Virus record (IMG/VR): IMGVR_UViG_3300009159_008407
Origin: an uncultured virus (IMG/VR IMGVR_UViG_3300009159_008407)
Taxonomy: Duplodnaviria; Heunggongvirae; Uroviricota; Caudoviricetes
DNA: 64,000 nt
Direction: 5' to 3' (one strand)
The notes beneath the pieces were generated by a model. That model was not told the origin of the DNA. It made no database searches and worked only from the letters and a program-made list of their open reading frames with translations. Below, piece by piece: positions 10,339 to 20,332 of the stretch (its first letter is position 1; every line of letters begins with the position of its first letter). A program made the translations under genes and the position numbers.

Positions 10339-10989
10339 TTAGGCAATTGCTGTAGTTTGTCCATCCGCTTTATTAACATTTGCAGCTAAAAATATCTGTC
10401 TATATTGTAATGCGTCTGGTATTGCTGCTATATAAACTGGGTAATTTATATTACCACTGAAAAATTGAAGTAGAAGTGTACTACCAACTCTTGGTACAGA
10501 AAATACTCCTTTGGGTAAATTTGTTAAATCTGGAGCTCTACTATAAGGATTTGGATCCGCATTTCTAACAAATGTATTGCTGGGGTTGCTATAACCACCA
10601 CCAGTATTAATCACACCTTGTAATGATGTGTAATTTTGTGCTGGGTTTTTAATTGCTTCTAAACCTATGCATGGATTTTCTGTAACAGATGCTTTACCAG
10701 ATGCAGCATCATACATACCCATGCCTACATCCCCAACTATAGGTGAAGTAGCTGTAGCCCAAGGACAAAAACTTTTGAGATATTCAATAACATCAGGAGT
10801 TAAACTAGTAGTGATATTATCACCTATAAATCTAAATTGTGAACTAGATTGCCCTTTGAATAGTGCTTGTAAACTAGCACTATGAATGTCGGGTATAAAC
10901 ACTTGCACTCTACCACTATAAGGTATTTCTCTATCGTAATTATCAATTACGATACCTTTGTGTATTCCATAATCTGCGGTTAAATCCAT
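10339..10989 (-). CDS. baseplate hub gp5/VgrG N-terminal OB-fold protein
   Basis: GIVIDNYD..GRVQVFIP..PWA..FSVPRVGS..FFSGNINYPVY pattern. Confidence 0.8.
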   Translation of the reverse strand: MDLTADYGIHKGIVIDNYDREIPYSGRVQVFIPDIHSASLQALFKGQSSSQFRFIGDNITTSLTPDVIEYLKSFCPWATATSPIVGDVGMGMYDAASGKASVTENPCIGLEAIKNPAQNYTSLQGVINTGGGYSNPSNTFVRNADPNPYSRAPDLTNLPKGVFSVPRVGSTLLLQFFSGNINYPVYIAAIPDALQYRQIFLAANVNKADGQTTAIA

Positions 10990-10999
10990 ATTATTATTA

Positions 11000-11770
11000 T
11001 TATTCTGCTACTGGTACTGCTTGCACTATAGTTTGTCTTACTGGTATTGATTGGAAGTTTGTATAAGGTCTATATCTAAAATTATAATTTCTAAAAGTAT
11101 TTCTACCCTGTAAAGGTCCTTCAGTGCCATATATAGTCATATTATTAACTCTACCTAATTGTATTCTAGCTTTATTAACCCTTTCAGCTTCTGCCTTTAA
11201 AAAATTATCTGCAATACCTGGTACATTTATTCCTGATACTAAATCATCACTCTTTCTACTCAATGATTCAAGCTGACTTATTTTACCAAATGCTAAATCA
11301 TTGTAAATATCACTATTAACAATATTGCGTTGTAATTGAGTTGATAGTTTGTTATATACTTTTGCACGTATACAAGCACCAATTTGCGCGCCTACATATT
11401 GACATCTTTCACTTTGATTGAACCCATCAAACATATCAGCTGCTAACTCTTTAGTATCCCTATAAAGACCAGTTAAAAGACTTTCAACACCACAAACAGA
11501 TTTTGTGATACCGCTAGCTAGCTGTGATATTTCTGTAAGTTTATTTGTATACTTACCTATCACATTTTGGACCTGGGATGAAATATTATCAGCAATAGCA
11601 ATGAAGTTACTTTTAATACCTTCTAATGCTATTGAAGTAAACTCACCTAGTATATTAGCACCAAGTATGTTACCAAGAACTGATGGTAAACATGAAATAT
11701 TTTCCAATACACCAGTAGCATAACTTTTAATTTGCTTTGCATCTGATAGAAGCTGATTTACGTATGCCAT
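11000..11770 (-). CDS. hypothetical (probable virion) protein
   Basis: 256-aa ORF with TAAATA 5 nt upstream. Confidence 0.6.
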   Translation of the reverse strand: MAYVNQLLSDAKQIKSYATGVLENISCLPSVLGNILGANILGEFTSIALEGIKSNFIAIADNISSQVQNVIGKYTNKLTEISQLASGITKSVCGVESLLTGLYRDTKELAADMFDGFNQSERCQYVGAQIGACIRAKVYNKLSTQLQRNIVNSDIYNDLAFGKISQLESLSRKSDDLVSGINVPGIADNFLKAEAERVNKARIQLGRVNNMTIYGTEGPLQGRNTFRNYNFRYRPYTNFQSIPVRQTIVQAVPVAE

Positions 11771-11817
11771 AAAATTATTTAGTTGAAATTATCTATATCA
11801 AAACTATAATGATATAT

Positions 11818-12621
11818 ATGTTAATATCACATGAATCACCAATATCAATGTTACCGTTATCTTACGGTTATAACGACTATGATTACGCTTTAGTCCACTT
11901 ATTTGAAAAATATCCAGACTATTATCAATTTTTTAAAACAAGTCTACAAATTGGTAGAGAAGTTTTACTTGATAATTCAATTTTCGAACTAGGAGTTGCT
12001 TTTGATAGCAGTAAATTTTACAATTATATTGTTGACTTAAAGCCTTCATATTATGTTGTACCTGATGTGTTGGAAGATGCAATAGGAACTATTGAGTCAT
12101 TTATCAGGTGGGATAAGGAACATAATCATGAACCGATTAAACATATACCACGAATTGGTGTTGTACAAGGAAAGACATTTACTGAACTTGCTGATTGTTA
12201 TGACTTCATGTCAAAACATGCAGATTACATTGCAATTAGTTTTGACTATTCTTATTATCAGATTACAGGTTTCGGGTCAAACAAGCTAGAAAAGCAGAGA
12301 AATGGTCGCATTAAGCTATTAGAAGACTTTGTTAAGTATGGTATTTGGAATAGAAAAAAACCTCACCATCTTTTAGGTTGTTCTTTACCGAATGAATTTG
12401 GTCATTATACACTTGATTATAACTTCAGTAATATTCGATCTGTTGATACCTCCAATCCGGTTGTAGCAGGTATACATAATATGAGATATATGAAAGGTGT
12501 TGGTCTTGTTGATAAACTTAGCATCAAACTTTGTGATCTTATTGACTATAAAGTAACTGAAACTAATAAGAAAAATATTTTGTTTAATGTTGATGAATTT
12601 AAAACTATCAATTTTCTATGA
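11818..12621 (+). CDS. TGT/DpdA-like guanine transglycosylase
   Basis: TGT-fold motif order LLDNS / VVPDV / GVVQG / HLLG / SVDTS; start moved to ATG 11818 because 11809 overlaps the TATAAT box. Confidence 0.7.
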   Translation: MLISHESPISMLPLSYGYNDYDYALVHLFEKYPDYYQFFKTSLQIGREVLLDNSIFELGVAFDSSKFYNYIVDLKPSYYVVPDVLEDAIGTIESFIRWDKEHNHEPIKHIPRIGVVQGKTFTELADCYDFMSKHADYIAISFDYSYYQITGFGSNKLEKQRNGRIKLLEDFVKYGIWNRKKPHHLLGCSLPNEFGHYTLDYNFSNIRSVDTSNPVVAGIHNMRYMKGVGLVDKLSIKLCDLIDYKVTETNKKNILFNVDEFKTINFL

Positions 12622-13166
12622 TTGTTAAATTAACAAAAAAGGAATGTTTGAATCTTGCAGAGTCAATTGATAGTAAAACTAAAACCTATTTAGTTGATGA
12701 CTGTATTGCAACATGGGATAGAAAAGATCTTTGGCACCAATTACCATTCGCATACATTGAACAGAAACAAATCATAAGTGTGATGTTTGCAAATGTTGAA
12801 GAGTGTTCTAATGGTGAGGAAATTCTTTATATTCAAAGAGTGTTTACGTTACCTGAATTTAGACAAAAGGGATATTTTAGAAAAATCTTTAATGAAGTAT
12901 ATTCTACATATCATAAAAAGGGGTGTAGGTATCTCAAATTATTTGTTGATAAGGATGCTTATAAAGCATATAAAGCAATGAAATTTATTATGAATGAAAA
13001 AACTAGTGATGATAAATATTATTTTGTTTTTATTCCAATGATTCATCAAGTATTAGAGTATAATAACTTCATCAATTCACTTGCACCCAAACAATTATTT
13101 TTAAGTGAATCTGCATATTATTTTTATCTTGATATGCACGAAAAGTATAATATAATTGAATTATGA
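12618..13166 (+). CDS. GNAT-family acyltransferase
   Basis: YIQRVFTLPEFRQKGY acetyl-CoA motif A; AYKAYKAMKF motif B. Confidence 0.8.
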   Translation: MIVKLTKKECLNLAESIDSKTKTYLVDDCIATWDRKDLWHQLPFAYIEQKQIISVMFANVEECSNGEEILYIQRVFTLPEFRQKGYFRKIFNEVYSTYHKKGCRYLKLFVDKDAYKAYKAMKFIMNEKTSDDKYYFVFIPMIHQVLEYNNFINSLAPKQLFLSESAYYFYLDMHEKYNIIEL

Positions 13167-13723
13167 TTATTTCATTTACAGGAGCTCAATCTACAGGTAA
13201 ATCTACCCTTCTTACTAATTGCATGGAGGAATTTGGAGATAAATTTATTTATTTTCCAGAGATTACGCGTCAACTTAGATCTGAATGCGGGGTTGCAATT
13301 AACGAAGCTGGTGATAGCACAACGCAAAATCTTATTACTGCAGAGCATATCAAAAATATGCTTAAAGCTAGTAGGCAAGATACAATTCTAGATAGATGTA
13401 TTCTAGATGGTCTTGTTTATACGATGTATTTGCATTTTGATAAAAAGCAAGTAGATGAATTAACGTTAGCGTTTTCTATTAAAATTTTCAATGAGTTAAT
13501 AGATAAGGTTGATGTAATTTTTTATACTGATCCAAAAGATGTACTTTTAGTTGATGATGGTGAACGTAGTATTGACGTTAACTTCAGAAATAAAATTATT
13601 GAAATTTTTGAATGGGTAATCAAAGAATATAAAATAAAAAACGTAGTAAAACTTTCTGGTACAGTAGAGGAAAGAATGCATACTATTAAAAATACACTAC
13701 TGCAAAAAGGAATTAATTTATGA
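13163..13723 (+). CDS. P-loop nucleotide kinase (AAA_28/dNMP kinase-like)
   Basis: GAQSTGKST, DRCILDGLVY, DDGER. Confidence 0.8.
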   Translation: MIISFTGAQSTGKSTLLTNCMEEFGDKFIYFPEITRQLRSECGVAINEAGDSTTQNLITAEHIKNMLKASRQDTILDRCILDGLVYTMYLHFDKKQVDELTLAFSIKIFNELIDKVDVIFYTDPKDVLLVDDGERSIDVNFRNKIIEIFEWVIKEYKIKNVVKLSGTVEERMHTIKNTLLQKGINL

Positions 13724-14637
13724 AAACAGAAAAACTAGATAACTCAAATATTGATGTTCACCTTGGTAAGACATCTCAATATAAATCATTATATGATAAT
13801 TCTCTTCTTGTAAGGGAACCTCGTAGTAATAATCGTAAGCATCTTGGTATTGATGATGACAAACTTCCATTTGTTGGTTATGATACATGGAATGCTTATG
13901 AAATCTCAGCATTAACTTATAATGGGTTACCTGTTACCGGTATTGCAAAAATTGTATATTCTTGTGATAGTAAATATATTGTTGAATCGAAATCCCTTAA
14001 GTTGTACTTCAATTCATACAACATGACTAAACTTGCAGTCACACCTGATGATGTAAGGGAAAAGATAGAAGCTCTAGCTAGTAAAGATCTTTCTAACCTT
14101 TTAGAAACAGAAGTTAATGTTAAGATCTTTTCAGATCAAGAAATTGTTTTTGAAACGGTTAATTTGTCGGATGAATATTATAATCAGTTCGTTACTATTG
14201 AAAGTGAATATGAACATCAATTGACTGATGAGTTTAATGTTTATCAAGAAACTCCTGAGTTGATTGAGATGGTACCAAGTACTGGTATTACTAAGAAGTT
14301 TCATAGTGCTCTTCTTAAATCTAATTGTCGTGTAACTTCTCAACCGGATTGGGGAGATGTTTATATTACGTATAAAGGTAAATGGGATGTTGACCCAGTA
14401 TCACTTCTAAAGTATATTGTTTCATTCCGCGATGAATGTCACTTTCATGAAGAAATTTGTGAAACTATTTACAAACGTTTGTCTGATTGTTTGCAACCAG
14501 ATGAGCTGAGTGTAATATGTCTATATGCACGTCGTGGTGGTATTGATATTAATCCAGAACGAGTATCACATGAAAGTATGCTGCATTGTACGCTAAGTAA
14601 TGAGGAATTTGCACATGCAAAGACTCCAAAGCAGTAA
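13720..14637 (+). CDS. queF: NADPH-dependent preQ0 reductase QueF (bimodular type)
   Basis: DTWNAYE, ESKSLKLYFNS, KSNCRVTSQPDWG, FHEE, YARRGGIDINP. Confidence 0.95.
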   Translation: MKTEKLDNSNIDVHLGKTSQYKSLYDNSLLVREPRSNNRKHLGIDDDKLPFVGYDTWNAYEISALTYNGLPVTGIAKIVYSCDSKYIVESKSLKLYFNSYNMTKLAVTPDDVREKIEALASKDLSNLLETEVNVKIFSDQEIVFETVNLSDEYYNQFVTIESEYEHQLTDEFNVYQETPELIEMVPSTGITKKFHSALLKSNCRVTSQPDWGDVYITYKGKWDVDPVSLLKYIVSFRDECHFHEEICETIYKRLSDCLQPDELSVICLYARRGGIDINPERVSHESMLHCTLSNEEFAHAKTPKQ

Positions 14638-14652
14638 TTCCATCTGAACATA

Positions 14653-14688
14653 AAAAAAGCCCGATGAATTAATTCATCGGGCTTTTTT
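14653..14688. terminator. bidirectional intrinsic terminator
   Basis: perfect 36-bp palindrome AAAAAAGCCCGATGAATTAATTCATCGGGCTTTTTT between convergent genes. Confidence 0.9.
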
Positions 14689-14697
14689 GTATATGAA

Positions 14698-15234
14698 TTA
14701 GGCTTCGTAACCTTGACGAAGTCTTACTTGACGACCAACTGTACGGTAAACAACATTTGTTGATGTTAAACCGCTAAATGTAGCTGTATAATCACCATCA
14801 GTTGCTAAAATAACTAAAGGATTATCAAGTTGACTTGTGCTTAAAGCAACAGCTGATGTACCTCTTGCAGAAATATTAATGTTAGTAGTAACATAGTTTG
14901 GATCATTGAACTTAATAGTAGCGGTAATAGTAGATGTACTCTGTGTAAATGTGGATGTATCAACTTTACCGTATACAACAACAGCACCAAGTCTTGTACC
15001 TTGCGTTAAACTGATACCAATAGGTGTAGCACTAACACCGTTAAGAGTAGCATTTGGAGTAAGAGTAAACGCTACAGACAAGTTACTTACTGTTGTGGTT
15101 CCACTCAACGAAGGCACAACAAGAGTGGTAGCAGCTGAAAGAGAAAGAGTACCACTAATAGCAGATGTTGCAGGAGTACGTGTAACAGTTTGAACTGTAC
15201 GGTTAGAAAGCGGTAGAAGATAGTCGTAAGGCAT
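14698..15234 (-). CDS. Ser/Thr-rich putative head decoration protein
   Basis: follows major capsid gene, TAAATA upstream, beta-rich composition. Confidence 0.55.
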   Translation of the reverse strand: MPYDYLLPLSNRTVQTVTRTPATSAISGTLSLSAATTLVVPSLSGTTTVSNLSVAFTLTPNATLNGVSATPIGISLTQGTRLGAVVVYGKVDTSTFTQSTSTITATIKFNDPNYVTTNINISARGTSAVALSTSQLDNPLVILATDGDYTATFSGLTSTNVVYRTVGRQVRLRQGYEA

Positions 15235-15269
15235 ATTAATATTTATGCTTCGTTGGGTATTTTTTACAT

Positions 15270-15302
15270 AAAAAACCCTTGGTGTAGCAATCCACCAAGG
15301 GT
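15270..15302 (-). terminator. intrinsic terminator after major capsid gene
   Basis: ACCCTTGGTG/CACCAAGGGT stem followed by T-run on minus strand. Confidence 0.8.
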
Positions 15303-15326
15303 ATAAAACATTAAGTTTTAGAATTA

Positions 15327-16850
15327 TTACATGTAAACAGACTGTACACCAGGAGTGAACGCAGTACCTAGACCTGTTACAATTACAATGTGGTAATAGA
15401 GATTTGCACCAAAGATGTTATCGACAACACCATAACGTGTAAGCAAGCCTACGCGTGGGGCGAAATCGTTTGGACCGATAGTTCTCTGTACCATGATTGG
15501 AATGTAAGGGCAATAGATGATACCTGTATCATAAAATTCAGGACCTTTGTAACCTAGGAGAGCATATTCAAGCGCTGTTGTGCGACCTGAAGGATTGCCG
15601 TATCCTGTGGTTGAGCCGTAGCCGGGGTTCTGAACTTCTGTACGTGTATCACGGTATACTGTGAATCTACCACCAACTGTACCTACCTTAGCAATACCTA
15701 CACCTTGTGTGTTGACGTTACCATCAACAGACATCCATTGGAATTCAGGTAGCATTTCAAGAATAGCGCACACACGTGGTGTTGCTACAATGAAGTTTGC
15801 TGCCCCTCTTCTGTTACGGACGGCGATTCGGTTTGCTTCGATAATAAGTTTCTGATAGAAATCACGATTGCGTTCTGCTAACCAGCGACCGTCAGCTGAG
15901 GCTGGACTCCAGAAGGAGTAGCCTGCTGTTGCACCACCGTTAAGAGCTGATTGGATCATTCTCATGACCATTTCACGGTCGATTTCTGCTTGAATTTCAT
16001 ACGACATAGCGTTAGTTAATTCAGCATCGATATCGATACCATTCATGTTCTTGAGATCCTGCTCTAATTCGATGGACCAGCGAGCACCCAATCTACGGGT
16101 ACCTGCTTCAACTGATGTCTTTTCAAAGCTTACTTCTACTGTAGGAATGTTGGAGTTGATTTCGAAATTCTTAAGAATTTCGGCAACACCTTGATCAGGA
16201 CCTAGGAACGAGAACGCAGAACCACTTCCAAGACCACTAAGGTATTGAGAAGAAGTGCCTGTGAAGCGAGTTTCTAAGAACTGGAATCCTAATTCGTTGT
16301 CACCATATGGTGTGTTCTGACCAGTGTAGGATACACCTTGCTGGTTATGAGCTGCACCTGTGGACGACGCTGCAGTAGGAGGTGTACCATTGGTAAAGTA
16401 GCCATCTGTGAGATTAGCACCACCAAGGGTTTGTGTTCCATACTTGTAGCGAAGAGCGAATGCAAGTCCTACTGGACCTGTCATAGGCTGTACACCAACG
16501 ATTTCGTTCGAAATAAGCTCTGGGAATGTACGTCTGATCATCGGAATAAGGATCTTAGGTAAGCGCGCGTCACCTGTAGCATAGTTGTCACCATTTGGTA
16601 CAGCACCACCGTATTGGTTCACATTTACTGAACCGTTACTGAATGCTGAACCGGTGCCACCGGCTTGGTTGGACTCACGAAAACAGAACTGTTCTTGGTT
16701 TTCAAGAAGTACTGCTGTCGTGTAGCGCTTATAAGAATCCTCGATTGGAGCAACTGTGCTAGACGTATAGTCTAATACAGGAGCCCATTTTTCAAGAAGA
16801 GCGTCAGCTCTTGATTGATCGATGAAGGACTGTGGAGCGTTGATTTTCAT
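15327..16850 (-). CDS. gp23: major capsid protein, T4 gp23 family (start could be 16862)
   Basis: LLEKWAPVL, LENQ, GVQPMTGPVGLAFALR, YCPYIP, TRYG. Confidence 0.97.
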   Translation of the reverse strand: MKINAPQSFIDQSRADALLEKWAPVLDYTSSTVAPIEDSYKRYTTAVLLENQEQFCFRESNQAGGTGSAFSNGSVNVNQYGGAVPNGDNYATGDARLPKILIPMIRRTFPELISNEIVGVQPMTGPVGLAFALRYKYGTQTLGGANLTDGYFTNGTPPTAASSTGAAHNQQGVSYTGQNTPYGDNELGFQFLETRFTGTSSQYLSGLGSGSAFSFLGPDQGVAEILKNFEINSNIPTVEVSFEKTSVEAGTRRLGARWSIELEQDLKNMNGIDIDAELTNAMSYEIQAEIDREMVMRMIQSALNGGATAGYSFWSPASADGRWLAERNRDFYQKLIIEANRIAVRNRRGAANFIVATPRVCAILEMLPEFQWMSVDGNVNTQGVGIAKVGTVGGRFTVYRDTRTEVQNPGYGSTTGYGNPSGRTTALEYALLGYKGPEFYDTGIIYCPYIPIMVQRTIGPNDFAPRVGLLTRYGVVDNIFGANLYYHIVIVTGLGTAFTPGVQSVYM

Positions 16851-16923
16851 ACGTTTTATCATTTTGGACTCATGGGATTGGATACCCAAGCAACTCAAGT
16901 CATATGACTGACTTCATTAAATC

Positions 16924-17769
16924 TTACTTCCTATCAAGTTGACCTAGATAAGAAGAAATTAGCGGATTATGCTTAATCCCTCTGTTGTTTTCTGTAACAA
17001 CTTTAGGAGCATCGCTCTTAACAGTGCGATTGTTGAATGCTTGTTCCTTAATGGTTTCAAGCTGTTCAGCATCTCTCTTGTCATAGAGTTTTGATACATA
17101 ATCAAAATTTTCTTGTACAAACTTAAGATCTTTATCAGAGAGAATCTTTTTAATATATTCATTCTTTGATGCAGTCATTTTAGCGACTTTTGATTCGATG
17201 AATAAATTCTTATTCATGTCGTCAATTTTTCTCTTAAGTTGATTGTTTTCTTTCACAAGCTTTTGTGATTGTTGGGTAGCTTCATCAATTTGTTGCTTAC
17301 CTTCAACAACCGCATCTTTGATTGACTCTTTCATAAGAGCTGAATCAACTGCTAGTGTTTTTCTCAAACCTTCAAGAATAGCAAGTGCTTGCTTATTCTT
17401 AGTAGCTTCTTCAATTGCAGCTACTGGAATAGCTTCACTGATATAAGCTTCAAGGTATGTGGAAATATTATCTACGATTTGTGATTTGAAAGTAGAAGCG
17501 TTTTCATTAAGCTCACCTTCATATTTTTTGACAATTTTAATAAGCTTTACAGCGTTATTTTTGTCAATAGCTTCAACAACTTTTGTAAGCTTATCGGAAT
17601 GATCTTTGTTGATAGCCTCTAGAAGTGACTTTAATTTTGAAGCGTAAAGTTCGTCTTGTTTAGTAAGAGCTGATTCAACGTGAAGATTAAGCTTTTGTGT
17701 AAATGCTTTTTCAATTGCATTAACTGACTCTTCTGATAAGATGTTCTGTGGGATTAGGTCCTTAAGCAT
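16924..17769 (-). CDS. gp22: prohead core scaffold protein
   Basis: coiled-coil Lys/Glu-rich protein between gp21 and gp23. Confidence 0.8.
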   Translation of the reverse strand: MLKDLIPQNILSEESVNAIEKAFTQKLNLHVESALTKQDELYASKLKSLLEAINKDHSDKLTKVVEAIDKNNAVKLIKIVKKYEGELNENASTFKSQIVDNISTYLEAYISEAIPVAAIEEATKNKQALAILEGLRKTLAVDSALMKESIKDAVVEGKQQIDEATQQSQKLVKENNQLKRKIDDMNKNLFIESKVAKMTASKNEYIKKILSDKDLKFVQENFDYVSKLYDKRDAEQLETIKEQAFNNRTVKSDAPKVVTENNRGIKHNPLISSYLGQLDRK

Positions 17770-17774
17770 AAATT

Positions 17775-18050
17775 TTAAAAAAGTGTTGGCTTCATAGCTT
17801 GAGAAATTCTCTTCATGAGCTTATTCTCAATTACTTGCTTCAAATATTTATTAGCTTCAGCATACTTTTCTTCGCTTATACACTTAATAAAGTTTGCAAT
17901 TAAAACATTTTCTTTAATAACTTTCTTTTTCTTTGGTTTTTTAGCATCCTTAGCTGCTTTTTTCATCGATTCTTTTTTGTTACCATCTTTGTCAAGATCG
18001 ATATAGTCAGGTTTACTACCCTTTTTAGAAGTCTTTTTAGCCTTTGCCAT
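17775..18050 (-). CDS. small basic prohead-associated protein
   Basis: KPDYIDLDKDGNKKE DxDxDG motif; position in head module. Confidence 0.6.
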   Translation of the reverse strand: MAKAKKTSKKGSKPDYIDLDKDGNKKESMKKAAKDAKKPKKKKVIKENVLIANFIKCISEEKYAEANKYLKQVIENKLMKRISQAMKPTLF

Positions 18051-18058
18051 ATAGTTAT

Positions 18059-18721
18059 TTATAGTCTAGAGATGAATTTTAAGATCTGTTCAGTGAGAAA
18101 TTTATCTACATTATTTCTAGGTAATGAACCAATACTTTTTTGAAGTGTGTCATAAGCTTCTTCAAACTTACCATCTAATGCAAGAACAAATTGTTTTGAT
18201 TCTAAAATACCATTAACAAAAGCTTTTGGGCATGATGGATCAGCAACACAATCAACTGCAATAAGTCTCATGTTACGAACTGTATTATACTTTGAACTTT
18301 CTTCTAAAGTTCCTAAAGCACGTGAAGACATACCAACCTTCACACCATCATTAATAAGTGACTTAACGATTAACCCACAAGGTGTGGATAATACTTTCGA
18401 CTTACCAACGTAAATATTCCCTTCACAATACATTTCTGTAACAAGGTGACAAGCTCTTTCAAGATCAACGTCTGCAGATGTAGGATGATTAAGTTCACCC
18501 ATTGCACGTTGTGTCTTAATCATTTCTTCATTATAACGTCTTACTTCGCGTTCAAGTTCATCTTTTGGGTACCTACGATTATTCTTATTAACATCTTCTG
18601 CCATCATATAAGGGCCTTTGATATATAAAGACGACGGAGCGTTTCTATTTTGTTCTTCGTAGATATATTCGAATTCTTCTTTAATTGGTTTTTCTACTAG
18701 TAGGTTTAGACGCATTGCCAT
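18059..18721 (-). CDS. gp21: prohead core protease
   Basis: NKNNRRYP, GELNHP, GMSSRALG, DCVADPS. Confidence 0.95.
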   Translation of the reverse strand: MAMRLNLLVEKPIKEEFEYIYEEQNRNAPSSLYIKGPYMMAEDVNKNNRRYPKDELEREVRRYNEEMIKTQRAMGELNHPTSADVDLERACHLVTEMYCEGNIYVGKSKVLSTPCGLIVKSLINDGVKVGMSSRALGTLEESSKYNTVRNMRLIAVDCVADPSCPKAFVNGILESKQFVLALDGKFEEAYDTLQKSIGSLPRNNVDKFLTEQILKFISRL

Positions 18722-18725
18722 ATAC

Positions 18726-19178
18726 TTATTTATTTACTGTTAAGTGTTTTTCTGTGATAATAATAAACTCTAGGTCCTTTTTATTGCACCATTCACGAGC
18801 TGCTTGCCATTTAGCTTGGTTAGTTATATACATCGTTTGTTCGTAAATCAGATTAGATTTCTTACGATAATTGGTTTTAGGTGGTAGTAGTTGACCAGAT
18901 GGTTTTATCTCCACAAGATACCTTTTTATCTTACCACTACCCTCTTTTATTTGCACAAAATTATCTACAAAGTATCGATGCATTTTACCATCTAATGGAT
19001 TCAAATATGGAATGATAATATTTTCAGATCCCCACTTTAATACATTTTCATTAAAATCGCAGAACTTCATAAATCGTAATTCTAAAGACGATCTATAAAA
19101 TGCCTTAGTACCAATAAACTTGTTTATATTTTTTGGTATGAAAACACCTTGAGTATATTTTGAATTTTTCTTCATCAT
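18726..19178 (-). CDS. gp4: head completion protein (TnsA-like nuclease fold)
   Basis: YRSSLE, WGSE, HRYFVD, VEIKP, NQAKW, IITE. Confidence 0.92.
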   Translation of the reverse strand: MMKKNSKYTQGVFIPKNINKFIGTKAFYRSSLELRFMKFCDFNENVLKWGSENIIIPYLNPLDGKMHRYFVDNFVQIKEGSGKIKRYLVEIKPSGQLLPPKTNYRKKSNLIYEQTMYITNQAKWQAAREWCNKKDLEFIIITEKHLTVNK

Positions 19179-20323
19179 TAACCGACAAAGAACATTATAG
19201 GATCATTATCACCGAAACCTGGAGATGCGCCTTCGTAGAGTTTTTTCTCAAGTTCAGCTTTTTCACTCTTACCTTCTTCTAATAAATCGTAGTTAAGTGA
19301 TCCACCACCAAGTAGTGCTACCTGACCAAATTTACCTCTAACTCTACCAACAGAAATTTTACTCAATGCAAGAGCATATTGATATATCCAAGGCTCCATA
19401 ATCATATCACGTATGGCTTTTTCAACATAACATGTAAGAACAGCATAGAACTGAGATGTACCTGATGGTTGTGGGAAGATTTTAAGAATCTGTGTTCTGT
19501 CGTTAAATTCATATGAGCGTTTTGTAGCTAAAACTTTCTCTCTCATATCAATCCACTCTTTCATTGTATACCATGATACAAGGTCAAACCCATAATTACC
19601 TAATGCATATGAAAAATATGTCTGTTGTGCTAATGTTTGCTCTAATGTAAACAAGGTATTAATACCCTGATTGCTACCTTCTTCTAAACTAGTTATACTA
19701 ATAACCTTTCTATAATCTAGAACATCATAATCATATATAGAGTTAATTCTTAAACCTGGAACAGCCTGTTGCTGTACAGTTGGTGTTGGTACAAATGATG
19801 ATTTGAATGAGCTAGATAACGGTCCGCTTAATGCTATAATTTCATTATATGTTGGTACACTTATAAGTTCATATGTAGAAATACCATTAGTGAATACACT
19901 TAACGAAGATGATGAGGTAAATACAGAGCTTGATATTGCAGATGTACATACATAAGCTGTATTGGAAACAGTATAATAAAACGATGAACTTGGTTGTGTA
20001 ATTAAATGACTATTTTGTTCTGCTTGAGTTAACCCGGTTCTAGCTAGCGTATAAAGCTTATCTATAGGTAGGCCTACGTCATGTTCATATAATCTTGAAT
20101 CGAAAATCAAATACTCTTTAGTGTACCCAGCATATTTTGTAAACATTTCAATAGCTATCGAAATGTTCTCATAGAGTTGATCTTTATGAATTTCAACCGT
20201 TACTAACGGGTAACCCATTGAACGTAAAATTCTATCACCTAACCTATCAAATGTTGTAATCTTTGAATTAAGATTAGTAGACTGAAACGCTGAAATAGGG
20301 GTTATTGTACAAGGTAAGCTCAT
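19178..20323 (-). CDS. gp13: neck protein
   Basis: MGYPLVTVEI, WIYQYALALSK, RGKF, GGGSLN, PIMFFVG. Confidence 0.88.
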   Translation of the reverse strand: MSLPCTITPISAFQSTNLNSKITTFDRLGDRILRSMGYPLVTVEIHKDQLYENISIAIEMFTKYAGYTKEYLIFDSRLYEHDVGLPIDKLYTLARTGLTQAEQNSHLITQPSSSFYYTVSNTAYVCTSAISSSVFTSSSSLSVFTNGISTYELISVPTYNEIIALSGPLSSSFKSSFVPTPTVQQQAVPGLRINSIYDYDVLDYRKVISITSLEEGSNQGINTLFTLEQTLAQQTYFSYALGNYGFDLVSWYTMKEWIDMREKVLATKRSYEFNDRTQILKIFPQPSGTSQFYAVLTCYVEKAIRDMIMEPWIYQYALALSKISVGRVRGKFGQVALLGGGSLNYDLLEEGKSEKAELEKKLYEGASPGFGDNDPIMFFVG

Positions 20324-20332
20324 TTATGTTAT

